The notes beneath the pieces are model-generated. The model made no database searches, was not told the origin of the DNA, and saw nothing but the letters and a program-made list of their open reading frames with translations. DNA of 64,000 nt from Lingula anatina (lineage: Eukaryota > Animalia > Brachiopoda): contig CM120642.1 in NCBI GenBank assembly GCA_051362555.1, positions 19,344,001-19,408,000 of the forward strand. The letters are read 5' to 3'. The position numbers and the translations under genes are program-made. Shown here in pieces: positions 59,661-64,000 of this stretch (position 1 is its first letter; the number at the start of each line of letters is the position of its first letter).

Positions 59661-62600
59661 CAATGACATCAAGGAGATAATTAAACATTATTAAAACACA
59701 AGTTTAATCCTTATCGTCATTAATCAGTCAGCAAAATAGGAAAACAAACTGACGAAAAACGATCGAGAGATAAATATCCCATATTAAATGTCAAGTCTGT
59801 AGTTAAACATCAAAATAAACGATTAAAAGTACCAAGTTACAAATAAATTTAATAATCAGTCGATTCAATTATAAATGTTAAAAATAAAGTTTTTTTTTAC
59901 CTAAATTTGCCAGGAGACTAACTGATTTTCAAGTGTTTTTACGACCACGAATTTGTAGAGTGAGGTTGCCATGCCATGGGATTTTGATTTGGCGTACATG
60001 GCATCAATATATGCTAATAGATCAAGTGATAACATGTTACGATTCTGAGTATATATTAGATTAACGGCGGTTATCAATAAAACATATATATTGCATGTAT
60101 AAATATTAAGATTTCAGATCAAGTGCGTGTAATGTTTTCCCTGGTTATGCAGCTTATTTATCTTTATTCTATTTTACTTTCTTTATTCTAATCTATGAAT
60201 TTGTTACTCAGAAAAAGGTAAACTGATTAAACATTTTACATAACATTTCAGGTTTGTCGTCTGAACTGTGATGATCTAAACAGAATATACATTAGAAAAA
60301 AATAATTGAAAAAAACTGCACCACCAGAATTTTATTTCTTTTTAGGCTGTATCAATTATTCGACTGGGAAATGGGTACATGTAGCTAGATAAATAAACGG
60401 GGAATCATTTGTAATTCTTTCAAGTGAGTTTAGCTGTTTGAAAAATATTTTCATTTTAGAAGTATGATCTGTATCTTGGTTTCATAATTCTAAATATTGA
60501 CCGTTTTAGAAAGGCCTACAGTTAACGTTCAGACTTCTTTCCTGTGTTTGAGCCAGAGTTCTTTGCCGTCTTGGAGAGGGATCACCGACCATTCAGCTGC
60601 AAATTTAACCTTGGTCCATTTGTTATCCTTTAAATGCTTCCCTTCAAGTGGTTCTAATTCGAAAACACCCTGCATTTATTGAGACCAAAATATCTATCCC
60701 ATAATGATAAAGCAGTCTAAGGACCAACCAATGCAATGCATGTCAAATCTTGTCTTGCCTGTTGTTTTTCTGAGATGTGGTTGATTTCCTTTTAATGCTG
60801 TTGTGGTTATCTATAATTTGTTTTTCGTTCTACAGTGTTAAGTAGATCACGTAGGGCCTATATAACATTTTGACCTCATTTAATTCGAAATGTGTGTTTT
60901 CGGGTGTGCACGCGTGCTTATCGAAGAACAGTCATGTTGCGACATTAAGATAAAAGTTGAAGAACTGAGCCATAGATACTGCTGCACTTAACAAAACAAG
61001 AGGTAGGAAGCGGAATAGTTAGAGACCAGGGCGGTAACGGTGAGGCACAAAGGCACGAGCAAGGTAGAGGAGGAACTGGCGGTGTGGCAGGGTAGCTTAG
61101 AAAAGGAGGCGCATTTAAATTGTCCGGTTTAAAAGATAATAAAAGTAAATTAAACAGTCTGTATGATGACGTCTATTTAGATTTAAATTTTCAAAAGGTC
61201 GCAATTTTTTGGACAATATTATTTCTAAAAAATTAATAGCTTAAATGTTGATACAAAATTTGTTTCTCTTTCGTCATTTGGTTTTAACTATTTATCTATC
61301 TTTTTAATGTTAAATTATTAAACTTTCTTTTACAAGAATACAATTTGTTTAGCCTTTTTAACAGTGGTCTCCAAGTCATTAAGCTGTTGAATTCGACAAA
61401 CAATAGTCTAAAATCGGTGACTTGCTTTACTATGCTTCAGGCATATTTCCTACGGTTTTTATCAAATGTCAAACATCTAATGTTTTAACCAAAGCATGGT
61501 TTTACGTGTTTTACATGTTTGTACAAGTTTGATATCGACAAGCACAACAACGTATCTCTTTTGCTTTACTTCTATGCGTAGCAACAGGCCCCTTGGTATT
61601 TGCTCAAAATTCCGACTAAAATAAAAAGGCAAAAAACATTTCAAAGTATGTAAAGGTACGTGACTTAACATAATAACTAACCGAAAGTTATTAATATGAT
61701 GGTCAGATATCATCTGCATTGCCAAAAAGTAAAGTTCTATCTTGGTCCAATCGTTTTTATTTTCCTCGTTGGTTCATAGTCGCAAACTCTGCATTTTACT
61801 TAGACTCAACGATCTATTCCATAATGACAAAGCAGTTACACTGACCAACCGTCGTAATGCATGTCAAATTGAGGATGCTTTGGCATACGTGTCACACCTT
61901 AGAGGTTGGTTTTTCGTGATGTGGCTTTATTTCCTTTTGTTTATCAGTAATTACTATTTTTTCATCATTAACTGATAGTAAAATCAAGTTAGAACCTCCG
62001 TATATAATATGTGATTTTGATATCGTTAAATTCAATGTATGTTTTTGTGGGGGGGGGGGGGGGGGGCATGTTTGATCAAATACTGCCATGAGCCAACATT
62101 GGTTTAGATAAAACGTGTCCTCTTAAACATTTTTATTTCTATAAGTTGCGGTTTTGAACTATGATGTTTGAGAAGAGTGCCAATTAAATATTTGCGTACT
62201 AAACATGAAAGCTTAAATTAAACTTCAGGGATCACCCACCTTTTATTTCAACCATAGTTAAATATGACTAGAAGGAATCGAATTAAATGTGTTGAAATAT
62301 TCATTCAAAAGACAATTAAAAAAAGGAGAAGAGTAGATTTATTGGCGCCTCCTCTCCTCCACCACTTCCTGTGCTCAAGACTGACAAAGTTGCATGGTAA
62401 GTCCCCCCATTTCAGAAACTTAAAATAATTATTGCAATCTAAATAAATACTTGTGGACTTCCTTGACAAGGTCATAGTTGAAATCAAACAACCCTTATTG
62501 TTATTCCAAATTAAACACAATTTGGACTTTACTTCCTTTTACTTTAAATTGTATTTTATTCCCTTAGACCGCGGTTGTTTTTTACCAATATACATTTACT

Positions 62601-63418
62601 AGCTTTTGTGGCAACAACTCATCGACATGAATATACGTGTACATGTGTATGCCTATCTGCTTATAGATATGCGTGGCTAAAAAAACGTGCTTGATTTATA
62701 CCAGTGTACTTTTCAATTTTCAATGACATTTCATCAATTTTTCAATGCAAAAACACTTTTCGAGTGTGAATATGCTTTGATTGATGATGTCTGAATTATT
62801 GACTACCATTTGATACAGTTTTCGTCATGTTAAACATCTAAAGCCTAGCTATTCAAAGGTTCACGTATTTTACAAGTTTGAGCTCAACTAGCAGATTAAC
62901 GTTTTTTTTTTTTTATTTTGAGGCACTTCTACGACCAGCAACAATACCCCTTAGTATTTGCTTAAAATTCCAAGTAAAAGAAACAGGAAAAATCATTCAA
63001 AGCATATAAGGGTAATCGACTAAACTTATTACAAACAAAATCCCGAATGTTTTCAATGGTAGGGAATGTGTAATATGATGGTTAGCTGTCTTCCTCAAAA
63101 AGTTTAATTCTATCTAGTCTAAGCGTTTTCATTCTCTTCCATTGGTTCAAAGTCGAAAACTCCCTGCATTTTATTAAGACTTAAAGCTCCCTTCCATAAT
63201 AATCCAACAGTCACACTTGCCAATCTTTGCAATGTGTGTCAAGTCCAAGACGCTTTGGCAGACGTGTTACACCTTCGAGAATGCTTTTTCGTGATGTCGC
63301 TTTATTTTCTTTCACATGTCTTTATGTTTACCACTAAATAGGTTGTCGTCATTATATAGTGATAGTTTGATCACGAAGGGGCCTATATAACAAGGCACTT
63401 CAACTCGTTATATTCCAA

Positions 63419-63419
<1 letters not shown>

Positions 63420-63450
<31 letters not shown>
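63420..63450. repeat. (TG)n microsatellite
   Basis: Direct reading. Confidence 0.95.
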
Positions 63451-63453
<3 letters not shown>

Positions 63454-64000
63454 CGAGTGTCTTTTTTTCAAAATCTGCCATGAACCAACATTGATTTTGA
63501 TAAAACGTGTCCTCTCAAACATTATTTCTATAAGTTGCGCTTTTTGGACTGTGATGTTTGAGAAGAGTGCCAATAAAATGTGTGTACCAAACATGAAAAC
63601 TTAAATAAAACTTCAAGGGATCATTCACCTTTTTTTTCAATCATAGACATTCCATAATAATAATAAAACAGTCACACTGGCCAATCCTTGCAATGAATGT
63701 CCAATCAAGGACGCTTTGGCATACGTGCTACACCTTATGGTTTGGCTTTATTTTCTTTCAGATGTCTTTGTGTTTATCAGTACTTATTTTTCGTCATTTC
63801 TTTGGTGGCAGTTAGATCACGCAGGAACCTAACTTACAGTTGATTTTGATCTCGTTAAATTCGAAATGTGTCTTATTCCAGAAGTAAAACAATTTGGACA
63901 TTATTTTAAATTTTGTTTTATTCCCCTACACTGCAGTCACTTTTTTATCAGTATACATTTATTAGCTTTTGTTGTAACATCTAATTTACATGTACATAGG

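Noticed and set aside
60936-61205. Solo LTR (TGTTGCGAC..GTCGCAA, AATAAA)
   Set aside because: The right-hand GTCGCAA also occurs at the paralogous site near 13067, and no TSD or terminal CA is seen, so it is left uncalled.

Overview
AT-rich, repeat-dense eukaryotic DNA, probably from an invertebrate animal (spliceosomal introns; Tc1, Harbinger, Kolobok, Gypsy, RTE and Penelope relics). It holds one apparently intact host gene: a minus-strand, 3-coding-exon, ~604-aa secreted or GPI-type protein with a somatomedin-B/cysteine-rich domain (44885-47974). This gene sits in a set of old local duplications. Two nested systems stand out. (1) An 11-kb Polinton/Maverick-like element (16609-27575) with AGTAGT..ACTACT termini, a perfect 6-bp ATAGTA target-site duplication (TSD) and ~770-bp near-identical terminal inverted repeats (TIRs). 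It keeps an intact zinc-finger/protein-primed PolB gene and a BIR (IAP-like) gene, but has only a catalytically eroded integrase and no recognisable capsid, ATPase or protease. (2) The sequence it inserted into (16411-16608 plus 27582-~31640, minus strand). This combines a CCAAT/TATA/Inr promoter, a complete minimal hammerhead ribozyme, a family of repeated hairpins, a duplicated ~95-nt domain and three histone-mRNA-type stem-loops. Two of those stem-loops end tandem copies of a short intronless non-histone ORF. All calls were made by eye; no searches or folding were run.
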